From: Eledone cirrhosa
Lineage: Eukaryota
Assembly (NCBI GenBank): GCA_964016885.1
Contig: OZ024760.1
Coordinates: forward strand, 3,410,001 to 3,474,000
DNA: 64,000 nucleotides
Direction of reading: 5' to 3'
Part shown: positions 29,173 to 38,663 of the stretch, piece after piece
Numbering within the stretch: position 1 is the stretch's first letter
Layout: every line of letters begins with the position of its first letter
Notes under the pieces: model-generated
What the model was told of the DNA's origin: nothing
The model's database searches: none
The model's input: the letters and a program-made list of their open reading frames with translations, nothing else
Program-made: the position numbers and the translations under genes

Positions 29173-29400
29173 TACACTCCTTTATAAAAGATATATGAAT
29201 GATACAATTCTGTAGCTGGTTCTGAATGATATATAATTATATATATATATAGATATCTATTTTCTAAAACTATATGTTTGTGTATATATATATATTGGTG
29301 TATATATTTGTATGTATGTATGTATGTTTGTATGTATGCATGTATATATGTATGTATGCATTTACATATGTCTGTATGTGTATGTATACTTCATTCATAT
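24300..29400. repeat. Compound CT/TA/CA/GA microsatellite field, including an about 40-bp unit ATGTCTATCTACCTATCT(CT)n(AT)n at about 24990-25530
   Basis: Dinucleotide tracts dominate. The ORFs here are poly-YI/SL/TH artefacts. Confidence 0.9.
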
Positions 29401-29857
29401 ATTTAGGTATATATACACATAAGACTATATAATTACATAGATATATATTAATATATCAATATAAAGTGTGTATATATAAATATATACAGACGCCATATAC
29501 ATTTTAAGCTCTTCTATTTATCAAAACACTTATAGGGACGGAAATAAATATAATTATATATACATATGTTTTTATAAACGCATGTATGTATACATATATA
29601 TACAGAGAAAGAGGGATACTTAAGAACATTATACATGTATACACTTAGGAATTTAAGATTTATGTGTATATACACAATATACATAATTGTAACCTCTTAG
29701 GTTTATATATCAAACAGCAAGAAATATATACACATTGGTGTACAGGTTTGGAAATATATACAGAACTACGAACTGTGGCCAATTCTGCTTTTGCTTGGCA
29801 ACAACTGCTCTTGTTGTTGTTGTTGTTGTTGATGATGGTGATGATGGTGAACAAAGT

Positions 29858-29922
<65 letters not shown>

Positions 29923-30004
29923 GGTAAACAGAAATAACAACACAATCGGTACAGAATTTATGAAGGAATATATTAGGTTAACGCTTGATATAGCAGGAAG
30001 AGGG

Positions 30005-30040
30005 TCTTAACGTTTCGGGCGCTAGTCTTTCATCAGAAGA
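30005..30040 (-). ncRNA. Degenerate minimal hammerhead motif (old PLE pseudo-LTR remnant)
   Basis: UCUU-CUGAUGA-AAGACUAGCGCCC-GAAAC-GUU-AAGA. Core intact, stem II eroded. Confidence 0.55.
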
Positions 30041-30235
30041 AAGAATGAGAAATAAGATAGATTGAGGGGACGGGCGGGTTGGAAGTGGAAAAAATGTCTT
30101 TAGATAAAAATAATAGTTCCATTCATGTTGACATGGCCGACTGAATACGCAAGTATATGTTTTTTCTCCCCATTCTTTTTTTCTCATTTTCCCAGTTTCT
30201 TCCTCTCATCACTCATTACTTTCTATTTATTTTCT

Positions 30236-30271
30236 GTTTCTTATGAAGGACTGGTGTCCAAAACGTTAAGA
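30236..30271 (+). ncRNA. Degenerate minimal hammerhead motif
   Basis: CUUAUGA-A-GGAC-UGGU-GUCC-AAAAC-GUU-AAGA. Two core mutations, stem II intact. Confidence 0.45.
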
Positions 30272-30368
30272 CTCACTTCCTACTATTTCAAGCGTTAAAC
30301 TAATATATTTCTTCCGTGTATTGCGCCATTTTTTTTGTTATTTTTGCTTATATATATATATATATATA

Positions 30369-30454
30369 TAGAAGTGGTTACACAACAGTTAGTTCACCAT
30401 ACTGAGAACAATTGTTCTCAGTATGGTGAACTAACTGTTGTGTAACCACTTCTA
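30369..30454. repeat. Perfect 86-bp palindrome without a loop, between two (TA)n tracts
   Basis: TAGAAGTGGTTACAC...GAGAACAA|TTGTTCTC...GTGTAACCACTTCTA, 43-bp arms. Confidence 0.95.
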
Positions 30455-30515
30455 CCTAACTCGTCCCATGGACTGAGTGCTCTACTATTACGGATATTAC
30501 CTTCCAGTGTTCTAC

Positions 30516-30551
<36 letters not shown>

Positions 30552-30764
30552 CGTTTCTGAATTTGTTTAGCAAGATTCTTTATCTGAAATCGTGTGTTGA
30601 AACCGATATTGTTATACTTTGGGAGGGTCATGTTGCCAATAAGAAACACACGCACCAGTTGCTTTCACTTCAATTTAATTTAATATATATTTATAAATTT
30701 ACAAATTTATAAATTTCTGGTTGGTTGGTTGGTTCCACAACCAGATAGTTGTTTATATATATAT

Positions 30765-30809
30765 AGTCATAGTTCTTTCGTCACACACTCTGTGACCTCT
30801 TCAGTGACT
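30765..30809 (-). ncRNA. Minimal type I hammerhead ribozyme in the PLE 3' pseudo-LTR
   Basis: AGUCA-CUGAAGA-G-GUCACA-GAGUG-UGUGAC-GAAA-GAAC-UA-UGACU. Confidence 0.85.
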
Positions 30810-31102
30810 GGGGATTTCTTTCTTCGTTTCTGTGCCTTTCCTTTCTTCTATCCTACGCCATTTTGTTTGTGTGTGGGTTGCGTGCTCAGTTTGCGCATGC
30901 GCCACATCCGGGTGTCTGTGTGTGTTTGTGTTCATTTTTCTATTTTTCTATTTATATTTGTTTGTTTATTTATTTATTGTTGGTTGGTTGTTTGTTCTAT
31001 GTGTGTGTGTGTTTTCATTTTGTCTTGTGTGTGTTTTCATTTTGTGTGTGTTTTCAATTGTAAGTTGTTTGTTCTATGTGTGTGTGTGTTTTCATTTTGT
31101 CC

Positions 31103-32161
31103 TTAATTGTAAGTTGTGATGTTGCTGTTCCACTCATATTTTCTATTTAATTTTGGTTTTAATTCTTTTATGCTTACTGCCTCTGTAATTTGCCTAAACA
31201 TTGCGTCTTTCTTGTGTGTGGATTCTATTTTTATTTCTATGCTCTCTAATTTACCCCTGTGTTCTATCTTAGCATGTTGGTAGAGCACAGATGATTCTTT
31301 ACTATCTTGGAGGTCTCGCCAGTGTTCATTTATTCGTTCCCCTATACTACGAGCTGTCTCACCTATGTACACTATATTTTTGTTTCTACATTGTCCTTCA
31401 GTACATCTTATGCTATATACTACATTTCTAGTTTTACAGTTAATATGGGGGCTTATTTTACAGGTTATACATTTCTTATCTATACATGAGGGTCTTTGGA
31501 ACGGGTATGTCTTGCTAATAAGTGTTTTTACGGAGGTACCAGGTCTTTCTACTATCTTAATATTGAGATTATGTTTCTTTAGGGCCCTTCTAAATTTGTA
31601 GGCTAGTTCGCCTCTAGGGGTTGTATTGATGAACATTACACTCTGGTATTTATTGCTATCATACCATGAGTTTATTCTATTGGCCTTGTTCTTAGTTCTT
31701 TCTATTCTATTCCAAAATTTGCTCCTATACAAGGGGCAGGTCCCATTTATGTCATTATTTACCATTTTTTCCCATTTGGTTCTGGCTCCTTTATACACTC
31801 TGATTCTATCTCTCTGATTGTAGCCAGAGAACTGCATACGGTGGATGAAGTGTTGTATGTGTCTCTCTAGTTCTTCGGAGTTGCACATGCGGGACACATT
31901 TCTCATCACCCGTACCAAATCCGCAATCAGTATGTTGATTTTGGTATGGTCCGAAATGGCCGAGTTTCGGTGGATCAGATGTTTGGAAGTCATGGGTTTG
32001 GCATAATGGGAATGGAGGATTTGTTTTTGGTTGTTAATAGTATCTAACCAGAGCTCTGTGTCTAGTACAGGTAATCGATGGTTGGGGTGTCTACTTGGGT
32101 AGTCTATAGTAACTCTAATGCTCTGGTGGATGGAGTTTGCTATTTTCTGGATGCTTTCCAT
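31103..32161 (-). CDS. PLE polyprotein C-terminal part: RT thumb, Cys linker and GIY-YIG endonuclease
   Basis: [31 protein letters not shown]...VYIGET.R...R..EH, QH...H, RQITEA.I...KP.LN. Confidence 0.92.
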   Translation of the reverse strand: MESIQKIANSIHQSIRVTIDYPSRHPNHRLPVLDTELWLDTINNQKQILHSHYAKPMTSKHLIHRNSAISDHTKINILIADLVRVMRNVSRMCNSEELERHIQHFIHRMQFSGYNQRDRIRVYKGARTKWEKMVNNDINGTCPLYRSKFWNRIERTKNKANRINSWYDSNKYQSVMFINTTPRGELAYKFRRALKKHNLNIKIVERPGTSVKTLISKTYPFQRPSCIDKKCITCKISPHINCKTRNVVYSIRCTEGQCRNKNIVYIGETARSIGERINEHWRDLQDSKESSVLYQHAKIEHRGKLESIEIKIESTHKKDAMFRQITEAVSIKELKPKLNRKYEWNSNITTYN

Positions 32162-34781
32162 TGTGTTTTTTCTCTGGTTCCTGACTGTTCTTTAGTGGGG
32201 GTGTCTTAACTACGATGTTTATATCATCTACGTAGCGGGAGTACATTATCAGGGTTAAGCTGTCTTCTAATTGTTCATTAAGTTTTTGTTTAAGTCTACT
32301 GTCCCACCATACCATGAACAAGTTAGCTATGTCGCCTGCAATGCTAACACCAATGGCTGCTCCTTCCTCTTGGGCATATGTTTTACCATTAAATTTGAAC
32401 ATATGTTCCTTAAGGGTTAATTTTATGCTGGCCCCTACCGCATGTGCAATCATTTTCTTCAGTTCATCGTGGTTTTCGGGTGTCCGTATGGCTCTGGTCC
32501 ACCCGTTCCATCTATCTGTGTGGGTTTTCTTGGCCATTGAGGTAATGGTAGGTGGTCTGCCTCTTGCTGGTCTTGTAGGGCACAGGTTGCTAAGGTCATA
32601 AGTGTCTAGGTAACTATTACTATGGGTAAGCTTAAGTAGAAGTCCCAGCTCACTGGTATCAATCCCACGGAACTCAACCTTGCTCTCGCTGATCATTTCG
32701 ACGCATTTCTCCACAGCAAAATCCACGTCAATAGATGGATACAGGGACACAACATCCATACTGCCTATTATGCAGTTTGTTAGGTCCCCAGATCGGTTAC
32801 CCGCGCCGATTCTGCCGAGGAGGTCCTCCGTGCTGTCACACACATCTGGGGACATCTCAATGATGGGGCGTATGATCAGGGAGAGGAAGTAGGACAGTCT
32901 GTAGTTACTAGCAATGTTAGCCCCACAGACTGGCCGTGTTGGTGGTCCCGCGACAGGGTCCCAGCCCGTTTTATGGTCTTTTCGAAGCCCATACAACGCC
33001 GGCACGTCATTGTTCCAGGCCTGGAAGTTGTTGGCAGTCCTTTTGTTGGGCTGCATTATATTTGTCCACATCACCATATGGGCATTGAGGGTTTTTTCTC
33101 TATCCTCATGCTCCTGTGGTGTTACCTCTCTTGTGTTAGTGATGTGGGGTTGCATTGCCTGGATGTAGTTTGGCAGGCTGTCAACCGACATTCTGCCAGA
33201 CTTGTCTGTTGGAAAGCATGCTATCTCTCCATTACGCGAGCGCTGCATGAGCTTACGCAAGCCATTTGCAGATTCTTCTCCCAGTTGCTGGGCCTCTATT
33301 CTATTATGCTTCTTGCTATACTGTTCTATAATATTTCTAAGTTCGGATTTAGCTATACTAAATTGTGCTTCTGTTTGTTCATCGACCTGCGACGGCAACT
33401 GCGTGCGTTTGTTAAATGGCAAAGTCGTGGCGTGGACTCGTCGTAGGTCGAATGATTTATCGGAGGGGTTATAAAACGGAGAGTTCCAGGCTGCTGCTTT
33501 ATGTGTACTAGTGCTATTGTTAGTTGTGTTGTTTCTATTTCCACCAACAGCAGCAGCCTCAGCTTCATGGTTGTTTCTATGTCTCTCATAATTACTCCTG
33601 TCTCTTTCCACTGGCTCAATGTTGTTATCTACCCTATTTTGTGTGTCTGTGTGTTCGTCTTGGTTATTCTCTTTGTCCTTAGTCTCCCTACTCCTTTTAA
33701 TCCTATTACTTTCTCTTATTTCTCTGATTTCTGTGCTACTGTCATTACTTGTTTTCTGTGTCTGTGTGTTTGTTAAGATTGTAGTGGTGGTGAGAGGCAT
33801 TGAATGTGTGTGTGTTGTTGTTGTTGATGTGTGTTGTTGTTGATGTGTGTTGTTGTCTCCGTGTGTGTGTGTGTTATCGTTGTTGTGTGTGTTGTTATTG
33901 TTGTTTGTGTTTGCGTGTCTGTTGTTGTATCTGGGTATGTTGCTGTTGTTGTTGTTGTTGATGTGTGTGTTGTTGTTATTGTTGTCTCCGTGTGTGTTGT
34001 TATTGTTGTTTGTGTCTGCGTGTCTGTTGTATCTGGGTATGTTGCTATTGTTGGTGTTGTATCTGGGTATGTTGCTATTGTTGTTGTTATTGTTGTTTGT
34101 GTCTGTGTGTCTGTTGTTGTTGGGATGTGTGTTGTATATGTGTGTGCGTATATTGTTGCTTTTGTTTTTGTTTTTGATGCTCCAGCGTAGTTTCGTAAAT
34201 GATTTTTCTATTTCTGACAGACAACTAATCATATTTACCTTCTTGAATGTCGCAAATTTGGGTGGCAGACGTAACACAGACATTTCATTACTATCTATTT
34301 CCGTGTTTCCATAAATGTTGGTATTTTCATTGTTGAACTCTTCAGATAATGAGGTGTCGGCCATGTTGATACCGTCAATTTTGTCGGGATATCTATTGGT
34401 ATACTCTATAGTATCCCGATTTAGCTTTGCCTGTTTAAGCCACTTTAATTTTCTGTTAAAGTGCTTATTACATTCTTGAGTAATGTACTGTTCTTCGGGG
34501 CGTATAAGGCTTATAAATGTTAGTTTTTCTGCTGGTGTGGTGATTTTAGATATTTCATCTATTAGGTTACGCTTTAGTTTTTCTTGATGACTTAATTCTC
34601 TATAGATCTTCTTTTTTATGTTTAGAATTAAAGTTCGTTTTAGCCTATCTGCTTGTTTTTTGGTGAGTTGTAATCTTCTAACGTCGGTATTGATGGTGTT
34701 GGTGTAGATTCTAGAAGTGGTGCACAGTTTTATGAAGTGTAGTTGTCGAGATGTTATGGTTTTTCGTAGACAACAGAACAT
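32115..34781 (-). CDS. PLE polyprotein, N-terminal and reverse transcriptase part (frameshifted at about 32166-32171)
   Basis: Motifs PTDKSG, LYGLRKDHK, PTRPV, SMDVVSLYPSI, QEEGAAIG and RYVDD. The 16 residues upstream of Met 34781 come from the inverted pseudo-LTR. Confidence 0.92.
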   Translation of the reverse strand: MFCCLRKTITSRQLHFIKLCTTSRIYTNTINTDVRRLQLTKKQADRLKRTLILNIKKKIYRELSHQEKLKRNLIDEISKITTPAEKLTFISLIRPEEQYITQECNKHFNRKLKWLKQAKLNRDTIEYTNRYPDKIDGINMADTSLSEEFNNENTNIYGNTEIDSNEMSVLRLPPKFATFKKVNMISCLSEIEKSFTKLRWSIKNKNKSNNIRTHIYNTHPNNNRHTDTNNNNNNNSNIPRYNTNNSNIPRYNRHADTNNNNNTHGDNNNNNTHINNNNNSNIPRYNNRHANTNNNNNTHNNDNTHTHGDNNTHQQQHTSTTTTHTHSMPLTTTTILTNTQTQKTSNDSSTEIREIRESNRIKRSRETKDKENNQDEHTDTQNRVDNNIEPVERDRSNYERHRNNHEAEAAAVGGNRNNTTNNSTSTHKAAAWNSPFYNPSDKSFDLRRVHATTLPFNKRTQLPSQVDEQTEAQFSIAKSELRNIIEQYSKKHNRIEAQQLGEESANGLRKLMQRSRNGEIACFPTDKSGRMSVDSLPNYIQAMQPHITNTREVTPQEHEDREKTLNAHMVMWTNIMQPNKRTANNFQAWNNDVPALYGLRKDHKTGWDPVAGPPTRPVCGANIASNYRLSYFLSLIIRPIIEMSPDVCDSTEDLLGRIGAGNRSGDLTNCIIGSMDVVSLYPSIDVDFAVEKCVEMISESKVEFRGIDTSELGLLLKLTHSNSYLDTYDLSNLCPTRPARGRPPTITSMAKKTHTDRWNGWTRAIRTPENHDELKKMIAHAVGASIKLTLKEHMFKFNGKTYAQEEGAAIGVSIAGDIANLFMVWWDSRLKQKLNEQLEDSLTLIMYSRYVDDINIVVKTPPLKNSQEPEKKHNGKHPENSKLHPPEH

Positions 34782-35224
34782 GGTCGTAGTATAGAGGAAC
34801 GAATAAATGAACACTGGCGAGACCTCCAAGATAGTAAAGAATCATCTGTGCTCTACCAACATGCTAAGATAGAACACAGGGGTAAATTAGAGAGCATAGA
34901 AATAAAAATAGAATCCACACACAAGAAAGACGCAATGTTTAGGCAAATTACAGAGGCAGTAAGCATAAAAGAATTAAAACCAAAATTAAATAGAAAATAT
35001 GAGTGGAACAGCAACATCACAACTTACAATTAAGGACAAAATGAAAACACACACACACATAGAACAAACAACTTACAATTGAAAACACACACAAAATGAA
35101 AACACACACAAGACAAAATGAAAACACACACACACATAGAACAAACAACCAACCAACAATAAATAAATAAACAAACAAATATAAATAGAAAAATAGAAAA
35201 ATGAACACAAACACACACAGACAC

Positions 35225-35280
35225 CCGGATGTGGCGCATGCGCAAACTGAGCACGCAACCCACACACAAACAAAATGGCG
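35225..35280 (+). promoter_or_regulatory. Candidate internal pseudo-LTR promoter: ETS (CCGGATGT), NRF1-type (GCGCATGCGC) and YY1-type (AAAATGGCG) motifs
   Basis: Exact motif matches. The NRF1- and YY1-type motifs recur in the same order in the diverged family at 61462-61545. Confidence 0.5.
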
Positions 35281-35326
35281 TAGGATAGAAGAAAGGAAAG
35301 GCACAGAAACGAAGAAAGAAATCCCC

Positions 35327-35371
35327 AGTCACTGAAGAGGTCACAGAGTGTGTGACGAAAGAACTATGACT
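35327..35371 (+). ncRNA. Minimal type I hammerhead ribozyme in the inverted pseudo-LTR
   Basis: Same sequence as 30765-30809. Confidence 0.85.
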
Positions 35372-35522
35372 ATATATATATAAACAACTATCTGGTTGTG
35401 GAACCAACCAACCAACCAGAAATTTATAAATTTGTAAATTTATAAATATATATTAAATTAAATTGAAGTGAAAGCAACTGGTGCGTGTGTTTCTTATTGG
35501 CAACATGACCCTCCCAAAGTAT

Positions 35523-35572
<50 letters not shown>

Positions 35573-35670
35573 GGCACAAAAAAGAAACAAAACGAATGCA
35601 AAACAGGATAGGATGACAATCTAAACTATTATAACTATTATGACGCTCAAGAAAAGTAGAAAATAAAAGT

Positions 35671-35710
35671 TATTTTCGACGTTTCAGACAAAGTCTTTCT
35701 GCGGAAAATA
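35671..35710 (-). ncRNA. Degenerate minimal hammerhead motif
   Basis: UAUUUUC-(C)GCAGA-A-AGAC-UUU-GUCU-GAAAC-GUC-GAAAAUA. Stems I and II pair, CUGA core mutated. Confidence 0.5.
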
Positions 35711-35897
35711 GAGAAATAAGCGGAAGAACGGGGGAAAATAATAATAAAATAAAGTAAGCTATAAGGTGGGGAGTCCACCTTATTTATTTTTTTACCGGAA
35801 AGATTACAACCAGATCTAGTGTCTGGGTCTATGTGTGTGTGTGAGATATATGTGGGTGTGTGTGTATGTATGTATCTTTGTGTGTGTGTGTGGTGAC

Positions 35898-35937
<40 letters not shown>

Positions 35938-36659
35938 AACTAGACATCAATGAACCTCACAAGACACATCTTAATTCGTATAATGAGTTGAAACTATGAC
36001 AACTGCCTGTGTAAAATATATAAACGGAAGGAACGAATCCCTCATATATCCTCATATAAATACAATTTGTGTGTGTATATATATACCTCTGAATGTTTCT
36101 GCTATTAACCCTCCCCCTCTCCCTCCCCCCTCTCTCTCTCTTTCTCACACACACACATACACACACATATATGTATATATATATATATGTATGTATGTAT
36201 GCATGTGTATGTATATGTATGTATGCATGTATTTGTATATGTGTATGTATATGTATGTATATGTATGTATGTATGTATTTGTATCTGTGTATGTATATGT
36301 ATGTATACATGTATTTGTATATGTGTATGTATGTATATGTATGTATGCATGTATTTGTATATGTGTATGTATATGTATATATGCATGTATTTGTATATGT
36401 GTATGTATATGTATGTATATGTATGTATATGCATGTATGCATGTATTTATATATGTGTATGTATATATATGTATATGTATGTATGCATGTATTTGTGTAT
36501 GTATATGTATGTATTTGTATATGTGTATGTATATATATGTATATACATATGTATGTATGTATTTGTATGTGTATGTATGAATATGTATGTATATGTAAGT
36601 ATGTATGAATGTATGTATACATATACAAATACGCACATCCTCATCTATAGCATAAATAC

Positions 36660-36724
<65 letters not shown>

Positions 36725-37059
36725 CTTCTCATACGTTTATTATTAGGGTTTTATCAAATAACTGATGGCCCTTAGTTGATTCTACTCTCTATGTGTGTGT
36801 GGTGGGAGGGGAGGGGGGAGCAGTGAAGCTCTGACCTAATGACCTACACACCCTCACTATCACAGCCTTCTTCTCCTTTTCATCTCGTTAGCGTCGGATC
36901 GGGGCCCATATTGGATTTTATAAATAATTAGCAGGTTCATTGAGGACATTAAGAGCATACAGCACCCGACGTGTCTCCATGCATGTGTGTGTGTGTGTGT
37001 GTGTGCGTGCGTGTGTCTGTATGCATGTGTATGTATACGTGTGTCTTGTATGTGTGCTT

Positions 37060-37735
37060 GTAAGCATGTATATCTGTACATGTGTGTGTATGTTGGTGTG
37101 CATATGTGCATGTATGTATATATATGTGTATGTCTGTGTATGTGTGCGTGTATGTATGTGTGTGTGTGTATGTTGATGTGCATATGTGCGCATGTATGTA
37201 TATATATGTGTATGTCTGTGTATGTATGTGTGCGTGTATGTATGTGTGTGTAAGTGTATGTTGGTGTGCATATGTGTGCATGTATGTATATATGTGTGCG
37301 TGTATGTATGTATGTGTGTGTGTGTTGGTGTGCATATGTGTGCATGTATGTATATATATGTATATGTCTGTGTATGTGTGTGTAAGTGTATGTTGGTGTG
37401 CATATGTGTGCATGTATGTATATATATGTGTATGTCTGTGTATGTATGTGTGCGTGTATGTATGTGTGTGTAAGTGTATGTTGGTGTGCATATGTGTGCA
37501 TGTATGTATATATGTGTGCGTGTATGTATGTATGTGTGTGTGTGTTGGTGTGCATATGTGTGCATGTATGTATATATATGTATATGTCTGTGTATGTGTG
37601 TGTAAGTGTATGTTGGTGTGCATATGTGTGCATGTATGTATATATATGTGTATGTCTGTGTATGTATGTGTGCGTGTATGTATGTGTGTGTAAGTGTATG
37701 TTGGTGTGCATATGTGTGCATGTATGTATATATAT
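37060..37735. repeat. 220-bp tandem duplication built from TG/TA microsatellite
   Basis: Identical blocks recur at a 220-bp offset (for example 37386 and 37606). Confidence 0.8.
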
Positions 37736-37837
37736 ATGTATGTGTCTGTGTATATGTATATATATATATATGTGTCTGTGTGTGTGTTGTACTCCATGGC
37801 GTCTGTTGTTACAATGGTGTTAATGTCATAAACTGAT

Positions 37838-38369
37838 GTGTATACACTGAGTGTGTGTGTGTATATACACTGGGTGTGTGTATATATACACTGAGTGTGT
37901 GTGTATACACACTGGGTGTATGTGTATATACACTGAGTGTGTGTGTATATACACTGGGTGTATGTGTATATACACTGGGTGTATGTGTATATACACTGAG
38001 TGTGTGTGTATATACACTGGGTGTATGTGTATATACACTGAGTGTGTGTGTGTGTGTATACACTGGGTGTGTGTGTATATACAATGGGTGTGTGTGTGTG
38101 TATACACTGGGTGTGTGTGTATATACAATGGGTGTGTGTGTCATACACTGGGTGTGTATATACAATGGGTGTGTGTATACACTGGGTGTGTGTGTATATA
38201 CACTGAGTGTGTGTGTGTGTATACACTGGGTGTGTGTGTGTGTGTATAAACTGTGTGTGTATACAGTGTGTGTGTGTATACACTGGGTGTGTGTGTATAC
38301 ACTGGGTGTGTGTGTGTATATACACTGAGTGTGTGTATCTGTATACACTGTGTGTGTGTATGTGTATAC

Positions 38370-38413
<44 letters not shown>

Positions 38414-38470
38414 CACTGCGTGTGTGTGTATATACACTGTGTGTGTGTGTGTACACACTGAGTGTGTGTG
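37838..38470. repeat. Variable minisatellite TATACACTG(G/A)(GT)n, about 20-28 bp unit
   Basis: Recurrent TATACACTG core. Confidence 0.85.
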
Positions 38471-38605
38471 TGTATCTGTGTTTCAACGGTGTGTATATAT
38501 ACTGCAGATATACATACGTTGATGAACCGGTTTTTATATATAATATGCGAATATATTGATATCTACTGATATATGTAATCAGTATATATATATATATACA
38601 TATAT

Positions 38606-38663
<58 letters not shown>

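Larger units (their letters stand above)
30549..35528 (-). mobile_element. Penelope-like retroelement, near full length, with inverted 5' pseudo-LTR, inserted in (TA)n
   Basis: RT plus GIY-YIG ORF on the minus strand. 34784-35528 is a near-identical inverted copy of 30607-31352. HHR in both copies, TA tracts on both flanks. Confidence 0.95.
34784..35528 (+). repeat. Inverted pseudo-LTR (end of endonuclease, 3' UTR, HHR, putative ORF start)
   Basis: Reverse complement of 30607-31352. I noticed only one substitution, near 34795. Confidence 0.95.

Noticed and set aside
30729-31119. Hydrophobic 'membrane protein' ORFs antisense to the PLE 3' UTR (also 35017-35407 and 51322-51600)
   Set aside because: They are a by-product of the T/G-rich antisense strand of an A/C-rich UTR.
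31103-34781. Naiad-type selenoprotein or N-terminal-endonuclease PLE
   Set aside because: The endonuclease is C-terminal and there are no in-frame TGA codons.
34782-34829. [16 protein letters not shown] as the PLE N-terminus
   Set aside because: It is the antisense reading of the inverted pseudo-LTR fused at 34784.
30549-35528. DNA transposon with 745-bp terminal inverted repeats
   Set aside because: The repeats contain endonuclease coding sequence and an HHR, the ends are unequal, and the ORF is an RT and not a transposase.
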